In this document: positions 33,801 to 47,727 of the stretch, one piece after another
How positions within the stretch are numbered: position 1 is the stretch's first letter
Layout: every line of letters begins with the position of its first letter
Origin: Euglena gracilis
Lineage: Eukaryota
Assembly: GCA_039621445.1 (NCBI GenBank)
Contig: CP154954.1
Location: 27,268,123 to 27,332,122 of the forward strand
DNA: 64,000 nt
Direction: 5' to 3'
The notes under the pieces: model-generated
What the model was told of the DNA's origin: nothing
Seen by the model: the letters and a program-made list of their open reading frames with translations, nothing else
Database searches by the model: none
Position numbers and translations under genes: made by a program

Positions 33801-36800
33801 CAAAAATACGAGTTTCAAAACAGGTTGTTTAATAGGACTTCTTTATCTTGCATTCTCACACAATGTTTTTACATATCCATTCACTTGGCATTGATGGCCA
33901 CAAATTTAACCGTGCCAACTCCACCCAAGGCGTGAAATTTCGCAATCAGACCGTCGGATTTGGTAAGTTACTTACGCTTTTTTGTGTGTTGGTTGTGAAC
34001 CATGTTTTTTGTGACTGAATGTGCATAATGCAGTTCCTCCTCGCTCAATACTCAACAGGGCGCTGTGTCATGCTTGCAAAGAAGAGCGAGAGGACATCAA
34101 AAAATTTCAAAGTGTGATTTGGCAAATTTGCAATCATTGCCACGACTGAGTATTTATTGTTTGTTGGTTCTGTTCCCTGTAGTTGTTTTTTTTTGAATGC
34201 CAGGCAAATTGGATGATCTGCAATCGCAATTGGGGGGAACAAACAATACCAGAGCAAATCAGACAATCAGGGCACAATTCCTCACCAGGCTTCTTTGTCA
34301 GGGGCAAAGGAATAATTATCTCAAGCTTGGCAAATGGCATTTTATTTTCAATATTAAGGAATTTTGCTACAATGTCATTCCCCACAGAGAATGGTGATTG
34401 GATCTGTAATTGTGGAGTGATGAATTTCAAGAGCAGAAGTGCTTGCCGTATGTGCTCGGTATAACCTTGTTGCTGATTAATGCTGGTGGATGCCTTTTTG
34501 TTCAAGGATTTTCAGTGCCTCAGGAAGATTTACAATTAGGTTTTGATGAAGGAAGGTGAATTGGGGGGAACGCGAAGGTGGGGGCCCGGGGGGTCACAAA
34601 CACTTTTTCGTTTTGCAATTTTCAAATTTGGCAAAATTTGTGTTGTTTGTGCATTTTTTTTTGCATTTGTTGTGTTCTTTTCCCCAGTGATTTTGCGTTT
34701 TCTTGCTGGAAAAGTTTCGCATTTTTGCCAGTTTTTTTTTCCCTGCAGACTGACCTTTTTGCCAATTTTTAGGGCATTTTTGAATTTTTTTTTGGCCAAC
34801 AAAAATTCTTACAGTTAGCAGACACCCGAGTAGGTGCTTTCGGACAAAATGAAGATCCCGGCCAAGTTTTGTTGTCCCTCGCGAACACCTTCCCGAGAAC
34901 CCCCCCCGGACACAATTATTAATCCCTAATGGACAAGAAATTTAAACCCCCATAGACATTTTCTTTGAGCCTCCGTGGACACTTCTGTGTGAGACTGGTG
35001 ACGCTTTTCTGGGTGGATGGAAAAGACTGCAAGGAGCAAACCAGACCTCTACGAACTCCTTCTTCCCTATTAGTTGTGTTGCAGATGCACAAAAATTTTA
35101 AGGGTAAATTGGTTGTATTTACACTGTCTCTTGGCGGGCTGCACCCCCTTTTTAGCCTGAGGGGGAGGGGGAAATGCCCGGGCCACACCTTTTAGAATAA
35201 CAAACCCCAGAAAACAGCGATTTTCTTTTGTCGGGTTTCACAAAACAGAAAGGTCTGAAACAACCTTTTGAGTGAACGATATTGCATGTTCGTCAACCAG
35301 AATGATTTATGATTTGTCAAAACCAGATGATATTATCTATTTTGTGACCCAGATCACCTAGTGATGAATCAGGCGGGATGACAGGTCGTTGAGGTTTCTT
35401 GAAAAGCAGAAATTTCTTCCGGTAAAAGCATTTTTTCGTGAATTTTTAGGTGGACAAGTTTGGTTTGGTACATCGGAGGGGATGTCCAGGAACACCTCTC
35501 TGTCTGGTTCCACAGCTGGCTTTTTTTTAAAAAAAAATAACAAAAGAACCCCCAACTTTTTTTGTTCTTTATTGAATTTTTTGAAGGCGACTGCAGAGCC
35601 CCAAAGGGTTTTGAAAAGCAGTGCGTCCCCACATTCGCTGTGTTTCGTTGTTCTGTGCGTCCCCACATTCGTTGTTTTGCATGATGTGCAGTGATCACAT
35701 AGCTGTTTTTTTTAGTTCAATGTGAACACAAAATGATTCTTTAGGAAAATTTCGAGAAGTTTTCCTAAAGGAAATTTCTCAAAAAGAAGAGAGAGAAAGG
35801 TTGCCTGCACCCTAGAGTTGCTGTCAGAGAAAAAATTTTGGAAGCAAATGTAAAGTGTGGCCATCTGTGTGAATGTATGACATTGCAGTGCAAGACCCAG
35901 AGGAACATCTTTGGAGCAGTTGTTGGATGATTCCTTCGCCTCCCACACTTTGTGAGACTTTGAGAGCCAGCTTTGCCCCACCTTTTGGGTGGAAGATGCA
36001 AAGTCATTTTGTACAATCAATATGCACACTCTCAAAAGATATTCCCACCAATCTTAGCATCTTCTGTGAAATTATAAGTTCCTTAATTCAGATTGTTTTA
36101 GACTGGATCAACAGTTGGCCTAATTGTGTAATCGGACGTTGAATTACCAAGCATATTTCCTATTTTGTGCATTTTTCCGAAAGTTAAGGTCTTTTTGCAC
36201 AAATTTAGGTCGCTTAATGGGGGAGAATATGCAAAGATTTGAGAATTTGCATTTTTTGCATAATTTTCACTTTTTTGCACAATGAAGAATTAGGAAAAGT
36301 CGCATTTTTGCATGTTTTGCATTTTTTTTTATGTTTGGAGCCACAGAAAAGGTCCCCTATTTAGCATATGGTTAAAATCATGTGAATCCCTACCTTATCT
36401 AAAGCTCCCTGCTTATTAACATTCCCCCCATTTGGAATTTTTCAAAAATTACCCTAGATTCTTATCACTGTTTGCAATATTTTCATTCTTTTGAGGTTCA
36501 TTTCTTATTTATGAACTTTTTTTGAGGTTTATGCCCCTCATGCAGTCTCAGTTCAGGAAAAAAAATTAATTGTGGCCATGTGGACCCCATTTCTTTCAAA
36601 ATTGCATAACATCTCCTCAAATGGCCTAGACTGGGCATTTTCGAGGCTTGACTTTGGGTGCCTAGTCATAATTGCTTTGCACAGTTTCTCCATACCTTGC
36701 CCAAGTGGGATGCAAAAATCTGAATTTTTGGCGTGACGCACCGAAGGGACTTCGCTCTTTCTCTAAATTCAGAGACCCATCTGTCACAGTCATGCAGGAG

Positions 36801-39800
36801 AGATGACCAATAGGAGGAGAGGTCAGTCCCCCCCCCCCCACAGCAAGGAGGCATATTTTTGGCAGTTTGTTTCCGTTTCACCCCTTATAAAAAATATGTG
36901 GAATAAGGTGCCATCGCAATAATCAATAATCTGGCATATAATCTTTTGCGGACAAAGTAGGCACCCACCCATCCTCCCACCCGAAACCCACCCCAAAGCC
37001 CAAAAGAAAGGTTTTGAAAAGATTTTTTAGACTTGGCCAAAAGGCCAGGTCAGATTGATTTCCGAACCAGCATCCAAGGAATCGCGACCAATTTCGCCCC
37101 AAATACCCTTGTTTAGGACACTTTTGGGCGATTTTGGTCAGAATTGGTCGCCAATCAAAATGGGTAGATTTTACACTTCTGACGCCATGTTACCCATCAA
37201 TCGAAGCTCTCCTCAAATGCTTTTGACAGATGGCAACAGAATTCAGCCATATTGCACACAGCGCTTATTTTCAGCGATCATGTATCCAAAAATTTGACAT
37301 CTTAATTTGTCAAATTCCAAAGTTCAGGTTCCAGACAGCATATCAATTGAAAGTTCTCCCCAAGACCTTTAGCTTGGTACCCTCAGAACACAGCCACACT
37401 GCACGACGCTCTGAAAATCGGCGATCGCATGTTCCGACCGTATTTGCAAATTCGAAATTCCAATGTTTCACCTGCCATGTTGCCCCTTGATTGAAAGCTC
37501 TTCTCAAGGGCTTAGATTTCAGCCATGCTGCATGGTATTCTATTTCAGAAATTCCACAAATTTGGCCAAAGGGGAATCATTGCACAAAATCCCCAATTTC
37601 TGGCCTAAGACCCCCCAAAACTGCTCACATATGTTTGCCACATGTCTACAAAGCATTTTGGATACTTTTTGGCACTTTTTCTTCTGGGTCCCCAGGGCAC
37701 CGGCTTCACGCCCGAACTAGCGCCCCAGGACGCCAGTTCGGGCGTGAAGCCAGAGCCCCTAGACACAGTTTCAATTTCCAGGATGTTTTGCCATAATTGG
37801 CGTTGTTGCCAATAATTCTTGTACCTTTTGGAAATGTTCGTACTTTTTGCCATAATTTTGCACACATTTAACAAGAATTTTGGAACCTTTTTGAAAATTT
37901 TTGAGCTGTTTTGTCAGAGATTTCGGATTCCATGGTCTGGAAGTTTGAAGCTTTTTCGCAATTTTTTGGGACTTGCCAATTTTTTTGTTCCCTTTTGCCT
38001 GCAGTGTGTTTTTTTTTGGAACGCCTGTCCACCCAAACGCCGGCACAGCTGGCAGCTCGTTCAAAATGAAGCCAAAAAGGGCAAAGACAAAAAAAGACAC
38101 CAAGACAAAAATAACACCACTGAGGGTTGTAGGTGATTTTTTTTTCACTCCAGATGCAAGCCATTTTTTTCATCTTTAGACCATGTGAAGTCAAAGTTTG
38201 GATGGTTTCAACAAGAAAATTGATGATGATGGTCTCAACAAGAAGAAAAAAAAGTGATCGAAGTTGCTGACTTTGTGCATTTTTTTTTGTGTGAATTTGA
38301 CCAAAATTCTGAAATTTTTCATTTTACCCTTGCAATCAAGGTTAATCTGGTCTCATTGTTTTTTTTTGATTTTTTTTTGATATTTTGTTTCCAAAAAAAA
38401 TCATAAGAAATTTTTTTTAAAGGAACAAAAAAATCCAGCTGTGCCGGGTTGAATGCTACACACGCAGCCCGTCGACCAAGAGGGTGTTATCGCCGTCTGA
38501 TCAAGTATTCACTAGATGACATCTTCTGCAGCAAAAACTGCATCTTAGACGCATACTCCGTCCTGAGTCCTGAGTTTTACACACAGGACTCATGACGGAG
38601 TCCCGGGGGGGGGGGGGATCTGCTGGCAGGGCCAGCTGGTGGAAAATCTTTAGAACCCACTTGACCAAAGTGCCCATTTTTGGCAACAAAATCAGCCAAG
38701 AAACAAATTGCCCTCGCCCCCCAGGGTTTGATATAAGGCGGGCGTACATGGTTTAGGTGGGGGGGGGTGTCCCCCCCCCCCCCCCCTCCTGGCCCGCAGG
38801 GGGGGGGGGTCCGGACCACCCTGGGGGGGGGGTACCCGGGACCCCCCAAAAAGGGTCAATTTTTTCCTCCGGCGCTTTGCGCCGATTTTTTTTTGCATTT
38901 TTGGCACATTTTTGCCCAAAAAGTGCCCAAAATGGCACTTTTGGTCGTTTTGGGGGGTCCAAAATTTTCGGTCACCCAGACCGCGCCACTGTTTAGGTGG
39001 GGGGGGTGTCCCCCCACCCTCCCCCCCTCCTGGCTCGCAGGGGGGGTCCGGACCACCCCCCCACCTGTCCTTGTATCGAACCCTGTCGCCCCCCCCAATT
39101 AAGGTTCAACCCCCCCCCCAATTAGCTAATTGGCCTCCGGAGACAAGACGGGCCAACCAATTTCAACAAGGATACCAAAAGGGCCCAGAAACCTCCAAGA
39201 ACGTCCGTTTCGAAAATTTTAAAGTTTGCCAGATAAGAAAAGTCATGACGAATCCCACCATGCACAAAAAATCGACCAATTTTGCAAATTTCAAAATTAG
39301 GTAACCGATATCTCACCCCCCCCCCCCCCTCCATGCTTCAGGCACAAAATGGCCAACCCGGGGGAACAGACATTTGGGGGGGGGGGGTCAAATTTGCTTT
39401 GGGCGCCTTGAGGGGGCAAATTTGGCAAAAGTTTTTGGTCCTTTCAGAAGTTTTGATGGAGGGGTGTTCTTTCATGGTCCATTTCCACCGGGTATGATCT
39501 AATTTGCATCAGCTCTGAAGAGCCGTGGGGTTGCAGTGGTCTGTTCAGAGATTGCACATTTTGTGATTTGTTGGATTTAGAGAGCTTTTGCAAGACGTCC
39601 CAAAAATTTTGGCCGCCAGTGTGAAAATCTTTGCAATGGAATCTCAAAAAATTGCCCACCAGTCTCAAAGATTTTGGTGAAAGGTCTCAGGCGTTTTTAC
39701 AAAAGAGCCCAAAAATATAATTTATAATTTATAATAATTTAATTTAATAATATAATAATTTATAGTTTATATTTATTATTATTGTAATAAAATAATTATG

Positions 39801-42800
39801 GAAAAGTGGTCAACAATTTTGGCAGGAGGTCCCAAAATTGTGAGTGTTGGGTGTGAGTGAGTCCATGTATGGTCCCACAAGGTCGGACCCCCAGGGGAGG
39901 GTCATGGGTGGGTTTGAGCCCAGGAAGTGCCCCGAGTGCGGGTTTTCTGAAATGCATGAGAGTCAGGGCTAAAGTTTGAAAATGGGGTGTCTCATTGAAC
40001 ACATTTTGCGCCAATTTTTTATCAGTTGAGAAATCCCCACCCCCAGGGGCGCTCCATTTTTTAAGGCAGTTTTTTTTTTATGTTTAAGGCATTATTAGCA
40101 TTTTTTTAAGGCTTTTTAAAGCACTTTAAGGCATTTTAAAGCACTACCAAGGGCGGTCCAGGCATCGAAATTCTTTTGAGTTTTGGGTGGATAAACAACG
40201 TTCCAGCAATACCAAAAATCATTTCCTGAGGTGTTAGCTTGTTTTGTCGAGATTTTACGACTTCGTTTTTGCTCGGTTGGAGAGAATTCTGCCAGTCCGA
40301 TTTTTCAAGGCAATTTTTCTTGCCTCAAAATAATAATAATGCCTGGCGGGGTGGTTCCAGAGGATACATTCATTTAACCCCTGTGTGGCCCTCACCCCCC
40401 GGGGGGGGTTGTGAGTGGGTGGGTAAATGTCCGGGGGGGGGGGGTTGTGGTGTGTGGTGTGGGACAGGTTGGTTGTGGTGTGGGGGGGTTGCGGTGTGTG
40501 TGGGGGTTGGGACAGGTCAGCCCAATCCCACCGACGGCAGGGTTGGTCACGAAAATTCTAAGGGTTCTGATTGCTTTTACCCACTGGGGGAGATCCCTCG
40601 GGGTATTTAATGACGTATGGGAAAACGTTGGGGAAACAGGGGTTTGAGGGATGCAGATTTGGTGGCCGTGTGCTTTGGGCCGATCCTGTCAGTGACGCCA
40701 GCGCGACGCTTTGGGGGGCTCTGCGGAGGCGAAGTTAGGGGCGGACCCTCGGTCGCCCCAGTCAAAAATCCACACCGGACCCTGAACACGCCTCCACCCC
40801 CCCCTCCAGTTTCGGAAGGGAGGGTCCCCCCTCCGAGATTCCCATACAAACCCTGGGCAGGGTCGACATAAGGAGGATGTAACCCCCCCCAATAGAAGCA
40901 CGGGTGCGCTTATAGCGGACCACCGCCTCCAGCGGTGGGGTTTGCGCTGCAATTAGGACCCTACCTGTGCGATTTTTGTTGATTTTTTTTCTTCAGAAAT
41001 CCCATCAAAATGGGGGGTGCGATTGCAGTGGACCGCCACCTTCGGCGGCGGGAGGTGCCTTTTTATTTGGACCCTGCACTTGCAGCGGCCCCGCGCTTCT
41101 ATTTGGGGGGGTTTCAGGGTTAGGTGGGGGGTCCCCCTCCCCCCACCTGTCAAGGGGGTGCAGACCGACCCTGGGGGTACCTGGGACCCCCCCCAAGAAG
41201 GTCAAATTTTTCCTTCCGGCGTTTTGCACCAAATATTTTTTTTGCCAAAAATGTGCCCAAAAATTTTTTCGGCTTGGCTCTTCGCCTCCGGCCGAAAATC
41301 AGTCACCCAAACCGCACCACTGTTAAGGTGGGAGAGGTGCCCCCCCCCCCCAATGGCGCTAGACCGGAGGGGGGGTCGGGACCCCCCACCTGCCTTTATA
41401 TCGAAGCCTGGTGGGGGTCGACCCCACCTCCTACCTCCTGGGTGGGGGTCAGCTCCCCCATCCAGGCCTTCCTGTCCAGCCCTGACGGGGGGGGGGGGGG
41501 TTGATACAACACATATGACACGAACCTGGGTGAAGACAGGGTACTAGGGTGGGGAGGGAGATAGGAATGGGGACATTCCTAAAGAGAAGCAGAGGTTTGG
41601 GGTTTTATGTTTGGTACAGGGCTAGAATTAGGGTTTGAATTAGGAGAAGGATTGGGGTTAGCAATGAGATCTGCGAGGGGGTGGCAGGGCAGGGGGGAGG
41701 GCGGGTTCCCGGGTTTGAGCGAGTTCTGGAAACCGAACTCACTGCTGAGGGGCACTCATCCCATTCCATTTTATTATGCGTATGCAATTCACGAAGGCAA
41801 TGAGAACCCCAGAAATAACATCGCAGAAAAAAATCAAAGGGATCATGTCAAACAAATTATTCTTGCTTGTCTGGATCGTTGTGCATCCACGGCAGTCTTG
41901 TTTGCGCACCGTTTTTCTCATTTTGCACATTGTCTTCAGGTGCCCAATGCCACAGCAAAGTATGCTCTTGATTTGTGAGGGATAAACCTCAGTTGGGAAA
42001 ATTGGGGTTTAAGTATCATTTTTTTTTAATTGCTTGTTTGTGCAAGGGTTTCTGCAAGTTGCATAATAATCGTAATTAGTCACAATATGTCGTTATATGG
42101 ATTGTTAGTAATAGTGTTAGGTTTCATTTAGGCTCAAACGTTGACCTAATATTTGGCTTAATTTTCAATCTACCTTTTTCAGAATGGAAGGGCAGCCTCT
42201 TCCACCAGAATCCCTAGACTGAAAACCCAACGTTGCATTTTCCACATTTTGAACTTATCTTGCATTATAAGTTTCGTAAATTCTTTCAGGAAACCTCTGG
42301 CGTTCAAGTTTTGGTGAAAAACCCCCAGAAAAAATCTCTTTGTATTTTTCTTTCAGTATGTACGATCAAAGCAAGCACAGTTCGTGTTTTCAACAATCAG
42401 TCACTGCTGGTGTCATCAAAGGATATTCAGTAAAGTGTTGTTTGTCCTTCCAATGTGTTCACCCATTGCACCCATGGATGGATTTGTACACACATGGAAA
42501 TCAAGTTTATCTTTCAGAAATATCATTGTGACACATGTGCAGGTGTGCAAGGTGTACAACAAAGTCTTGTATCATGACTCGTGTATCATATTTGTATCAT
42601 GGTACAATAGAGTCGATGATGTCAGCGAGAAATATTTCGAAATGCCTGCAAAACACTTTCTGAACGCAGCGTTCTAAATATTCTGTTGTGTGCATTTACA
42701 GGTCCGATGTGGAATTACCAAAAGGAGACTGGGCATGCAAGTGTGGTGAGCGCAACTTCCGCAAAAGGTGATCCTCCTCCCGGCCTACTTTGCTTTTGCC

Positions 42801-45800
42801 TTCTTTTGATTGTCGTGCTTTGATTGCTGTGATGCCCACTCCAAACCTGCAGGGCCAGCTGTCGGCGCTGCAAGGAAATGAACCCACAGCTGGATGACGC
42901 TTTGGAATCGGGGGATTGGGTCTGCCCTTCTTGTTCCGGTGTGTGTGTTTTTATGAGAGTACACAACGCTTATTTCAAATGCATTTTCAAGCAACAGATT
43001 TGTGGGCCAAGACAAACGCAATCATGGGATATGGATCAAGGACCACTAACCACATTCGATAGTTTTGTGTGTAAGTGAATAATGTTCTTGTTGTCGTTTC
43101 CCGATTTCTTTTTTTGTTTCATTGAATGTGCATTTTTTTTCCAAATGTCCAGCCCCTTTTTTTGTTCTTCTGGTGGCGAACTTCCTTCAAAGCAACTGCT
43201 TCCTTCAAAGCAGAAAAAATGGTTGCAGTTTTTTTCCTGCTGGCATAGGTGTGGCGTATTTTCCCATTTCCCCCTCAGTTATCAACTTCGCCACCAAATT
43301 CCAGTGCGTCGAGTGTAAACAGTTTCGACCAGCAGATTCGTCTCCACAACAGAAGTTGCTGCCAGGTGTTCGGTGGGCGGTGTTCCCCCCTCCTTTACCA
43401 GAGGGGTCTGGTACAGGACTCCCCCCCCCCACCTGCCAAGGCCTGTCTGGGCCGACCCAGGGGGGGGGGTTACCCGGGACCCCCCCAAACGGTCAAAATT
43501 TTCTTTCTGATCTTTTGTGTTTTTTATACATTTTTTCATAAATTCTTGCCCAAAAAGTGCCCAAAATGGCATTTTCGACGATTTTTGGGAGGCAAAATTT
43601 TCATCCCAGCTCTTTGTGCCAGGCCGAAATCGATCACCCGGACGACACCTGCCCCCCCCCGTTGTTTTTTTGACCCCCAGCGGCCTGAAAACAGCCAAAA
43701 ATAGTCAGTTTGGCCTTCAAAAATGAGCTGCAACACAGGTCAGGGGTGCAGGCATATGGCGTATGACATTCGGGGGAGATAGAGGGTACATTTCGCCTTG
43801 CCGCCTTTTTTTATAAAAAAAATCAATGTTTTCTCCAGATATTTTGGATTTTTTTTTTAGCCCCAAACTCAGCTTGACAAACTGGCATCGAAAATGGGGG
43901 CGATTGGTCCTACCCAGTTTGGACCCCTTGTCGGCCGAATAACTCGGGCCTGGCAGGGAGTTGGGGGGCAAACAAAGATGTTTCTGAGAGCCAGGATCCA
44001 GTCGCTTGTTTTGGGGGGAGGGGCAGAGCCAGTGAGTGGAAATTTTTTTCCAGTGACCGCCGCGAAACACCAAAAAATTTTGGGACCCCAACAATGGCCA
44101 AAAATGCCCATTTTTTTGGCCGTTTTTGGTATTTTTTTTGAATAAAATCAGCCAAAAAGCCTATTTAAAAAAACCTCATTTCCATCTCGGTGCGCAGTCT
44201 GGAGGATTTTTTTCCTTGTTGGGGGACCCCCCGATCCCCCCTCCCCAGTTAGGGGAGGGGTCGCTGAGCTCTTATCCCTTTGTGTGTAAGAGCGAAGCTA
44301 ACCCCTGGCGAAACCCCCCCCCCCCCCGCCATACCCCCGGGTCGGGGCCACCAGGAGAATGGACGGTTTATCACCATGATCCTGGCCTGGTTCCCGGAAT
44401 TTTTTTTTCAGTTGTGAACGACTGGATTTCTAGTTTCCGAATCACCTGGGTTTGACCCCCCAACTCCCCGCCAGGCCCGAGTTATTCACACGTGAAGGGG
44501 TCCAAACTGGGTAGGATCGGCCCGCCCCCCTTTTAAGCCCCCCCCCCTTTGGACTCTGCCATTTCAGCCAAAAAAATGTCAATTTTCAAAATATCTCCAA
44601 AATGAGGCCAAATCAAAGGAAATGTCCGGAGACCTAATTTGAAGCCCTTGGAATACCCTATCCAGCCATACTTTGATTTCCCCGCAACTCCCCTCCTAGC
44701 CCGAGATATGGCCGTTTTCGGCCAATATGGCCGTTCTGTACACTTTTCCCACTGTTCGACAGCCGTTTTTTGTGGGGGGGGGGGTGGAGGTCAAACAATG
44801 AATGTTTTCAAAATTTCTCGAAAATGATGCAAAATAAGGAAATGTCCTTTGACCTAAATTGAAGCCCTTGGAACGCTCTATCTACTGGTATTTTGGTTTC
44901 CACGCAACTCACCGCCTAGCCCGAGATACGGCCGTTTTTTGGCCAATTTAGGCCATTTTGTACACTTTTTCCACTGTCCGACTTGGCCGTTTTCCGCCAA
45001 AAAAAGTCAAACAAAAATCGAAAAAAAAAATTGCCCGAAACTGTGTTTTTTGGCCTCCCGGACCCGGAAAAGGTGTTTTTTTTTGCAGCGCAGCAGTTAC
45101 CAAACCTACCACCGCCCGGGACCCAGCACCCGACAACAAAACCATTAACCAGCCCCAGTCCCGTAAAGTAGCACCTGGGTAACGGGCGCCCCCAAAAACG
45201 TCATTTTTCGGCCATTTTCATTTTCGGCCGAAATCGGCTGCGTCGGCGCTCCAAAAACGGGCGCTCTGCCCCGGCTAGAGGTCGGCGATCCTTTACCTAA
45301 TTGTTGCGAAGGGCGGCGGGCGGACAGGCCCAAGTTTGCCCGCGGCGGGCGTGCGTAAAACGCAGCAGTTACCGCCCGGGAGGCGCAAATTAGCACGTGT
45401 GTGACAGACGTCCCAAAAACGTCATTTTTCGGCCATTTTCGGCCGAAATCGGCTGCGTCGGCGCTCCAAAAACAAGCGCTCTGCCCCGGCTAGAGGTCGG
45501 CGATCCTTCACCTCATTGTTGCGAAGGGCGGTGGGTGGACAGCGCCCCGTTTCGGGCACAAAACCCTTGCATTTCAGTCAAAAGAGCTCCATGGAGTGGG
45601 CCGGTTTATATGGTGGGTCAATGAAGGGGTGGGTGAGCGCTTTTTACGAGCTCAGCACTATTCAAAACCTGGTCCAGCTGGTCCATTTTTCCAGTGTGTC
45701 CAGCAAAATGGCCGGCCAGTGGACCCCCCTGGTCCTCAAGCAATGGCCTGTTTGTGACTGCACTTTTTCTCGGTCAGAGAAAATTCTGCCAGTCCAATTT

Positions 45801-47727
45801 TTGAGGAATTTAAAGGCATTTAAGGCATTTTGAAGTTTTTAATGTGTTTTAAAAACTTTAAATAACGCCTGGCTGGGGTCCTTGTTTGTGCTCCGTTCTT
45901 CCAACATACCTTGAGGTGGGTGGTTGGGCACCCCCTTTCCCCAGTACTGAGCCTCGCTTTTACTCTTAACAGAAAACACCTCAAACACCCCACCCAGAGC
46001 CCTAACTCTCAGTGAGTGATTGTATTTTTTTGAATCTTATTAAATTAAAGTGGACCTCAAAAAATGAACAAAGTTGAACATTTTTGTTTTTTATATAATT
46101 TTTTCTGCATTTTTTTGAGGTTCCCTGTTGATGTTTTCTACCCCCCTGTCCTGTTCTCAGGAGATTGGATTTGTCCACAGTGCCACCGGCTGAACTTCTC
46201 GGCACGCTTCACTTGCATCTCCTGCTTTGCGGGAAAGGCAGCTGGTACAGCGGCGGATGCACAGGTGAACAGTCTTCTTTATTCATGCCCTCCCATCTTT
46301 TGATATTAGGAAGCCATGGTCCCACTGTCAGCAAAAATTTAGGAAATACAAAAGAATTGAGGTTTCAGATTTGCATTTTTTTTGAATTAGTTAGTTTTTT
46401 TTTTTAAAGCCTCGCCTCACAAAACTGCATTTGCAGCACACTATTCTCTGTATATTGCTTGCTGCCAGGAAATTGCGGTCGGAAATGTTCCCGCTGCTGT
46501 GGCACGCGGGGAGATTTGGGTGCAGACACCGACGCTCCTCTTTGCTGTAACCGATCGTGCTACTTCATGTGCTGCTTCCCATGGTTTTCTGTGGTTTGCA
46601 AATGGATTTTTTGGGTGTCTGTAAGGTGTATGTTGCCATTTGCCGATGGCTTTGCCAACAAGCAACAAAGAGGTGCCAATCTGTGGGTAGTAAAACCCAT
46701 CCAAATATGAAGCCCCCTAAATTTAGAGCTTCCCAAATGAAAGCTCCCCCAGGGTCTGATTTAGCTATTCATGACCCTCCCCCAATGAGTGCTCGGGTGC
46801 GCATTTTTCAGCAACCATTTTTTTTTTGATAAGGACAGTTACAAAACTTGCAAAAAAAAGTCACAAAACAGCAGGGGGCAGGGCTAAACGGGAATCCCTA
46901 CAAGCCGACAGGCCTTCCCGTATTTCCGGGGGCGTTTTAGGTCAAATTTACCTTCGCCTCTTCGGCGCCAAAGAAATTATCTCTGAGCGGGTACCGGGTG
47001 GGGGTCGACCCCCCCACCTCCCGGGTGGGGGGAGTCTAACAACCCCCCACCAGGCCTTCCCGTACACCCGGGTGGGGCACAAGGTGCCTGGGCACTCGGC
47101 CAAGGCATTTCCAGAGCCGAAATGCTGTATGCCCAGAAAGCCCTTCGTTTGGACACTTTTGGGCCCAGACCCAGGCAGACACCCCAGGGGTCGTGCCTGA
47201 CTGCCCAGCATTCTAGGCACCCTGAGACCTCCCCTGCACGGTTGGTCAGATTCCACCTGCCACAGACCAGTGCGGCGAAAGTTCATAGAGCGCAACACAA
47301 ACCCTTTTTACGCAAATACAACCCCCCCCCAAATGCAAAGCCCAACAAGGCGGCGCAGCCCACTGATCCAATTTTTTTCGGCACAATGGCAAAAATGTTC
47401 AGACTTTACCCGGTCCAGGGTGTGTGTTGTTTGTAACACTGTCCTCTTTCCTCTGTCCCCCCCCCCGGCCCTGAAGAAATTCCCTGATTTGATTATGTGT
47501 GACCAGTTTCGGGTTTTGAATTATGGATGTTTTTATATAAGGCATCATCTCACCAAAACTGCTTGTCAGTATCCTGCCATTATTTTTCATGCAAGCCACA
47601 CACCCACACACAAGCATCTAGGTTCCTCTAGCTGTTGGTGCCTGCTGGAGAGTGTTGTGCCTGTGGCGAATCCAATGACTCTCAGATGGTGAAGTGCCAC
47701 AATTGCCGTAGCCGGGGTTTTGTTCAG
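24815..47727 (+). CDS. Multi-exon gene for a protein with tandem RanBP2-type zinc fingers (partial model; 5 intact and 2 degenerate fingers)
   Basis: GT-AG exons with consistent phases: 24815-24928(?), 28337-28401, 34059-34111, 34388-34458, 41940-41959, 42702-42767, 42853-42938, 43279-43365, 46161-46264, 47632-47727(?). These give repeated G(D/E)W.C..C...NF.....C..C. Start and stop not located. Confidence 0.85.
25325..26690 (+). repeat. Dispersed ~1.4-kb intronic repeat, second copy at ~37775-39850
   Basis: Colinear shared blocks, e.g. ggatgttttgccataatt, ccagctgtgccgggttgaatgc, gaatccca..tgcacaaaaaatc, gtcccaaaattgtgagtgt. Confidence 0.8.
38722..39085. mobile_element. hAT-like MITE, 8-bp TSD TCGCCCCC
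   Basis: Ends cagggtttgata / tatcgaaccctg; exact TSD at 38714-38721 and 39086-39093. Related copy at ~48415-48573. Confidence 0.8.
40881..41113. mobile_element. TIR MITE family (aaccccccaatagaagcacg), second copy at ~60269-60502
   Basis: Terminal inverted repeat and colinear internal sequence in both copies. Confidence 0.75.
45190..45545 (+). repeat. Local tandem duplication (~140-bp shared block)
   Basis: cccaaaaacgtcatttttcggcc...gctagaggtcggcgatcctt occurs twice. Confidence 0.85.

Noticed and set aside
35870-35990. hAT dimerisation-domain relic (IPS..LCE)
   Set aside because: Resemblance too weak to call without a profile search.
39715-39797. AT-only patch as an origin or regulatory site
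   Set aside because: Low-complexity expansion within a repeat copy; no specific motif.
41615-41665. Interstitial telomeric TTAGGG repeats
   Set aside because: Only one exact unit among degenerate G/T-rich sequence.
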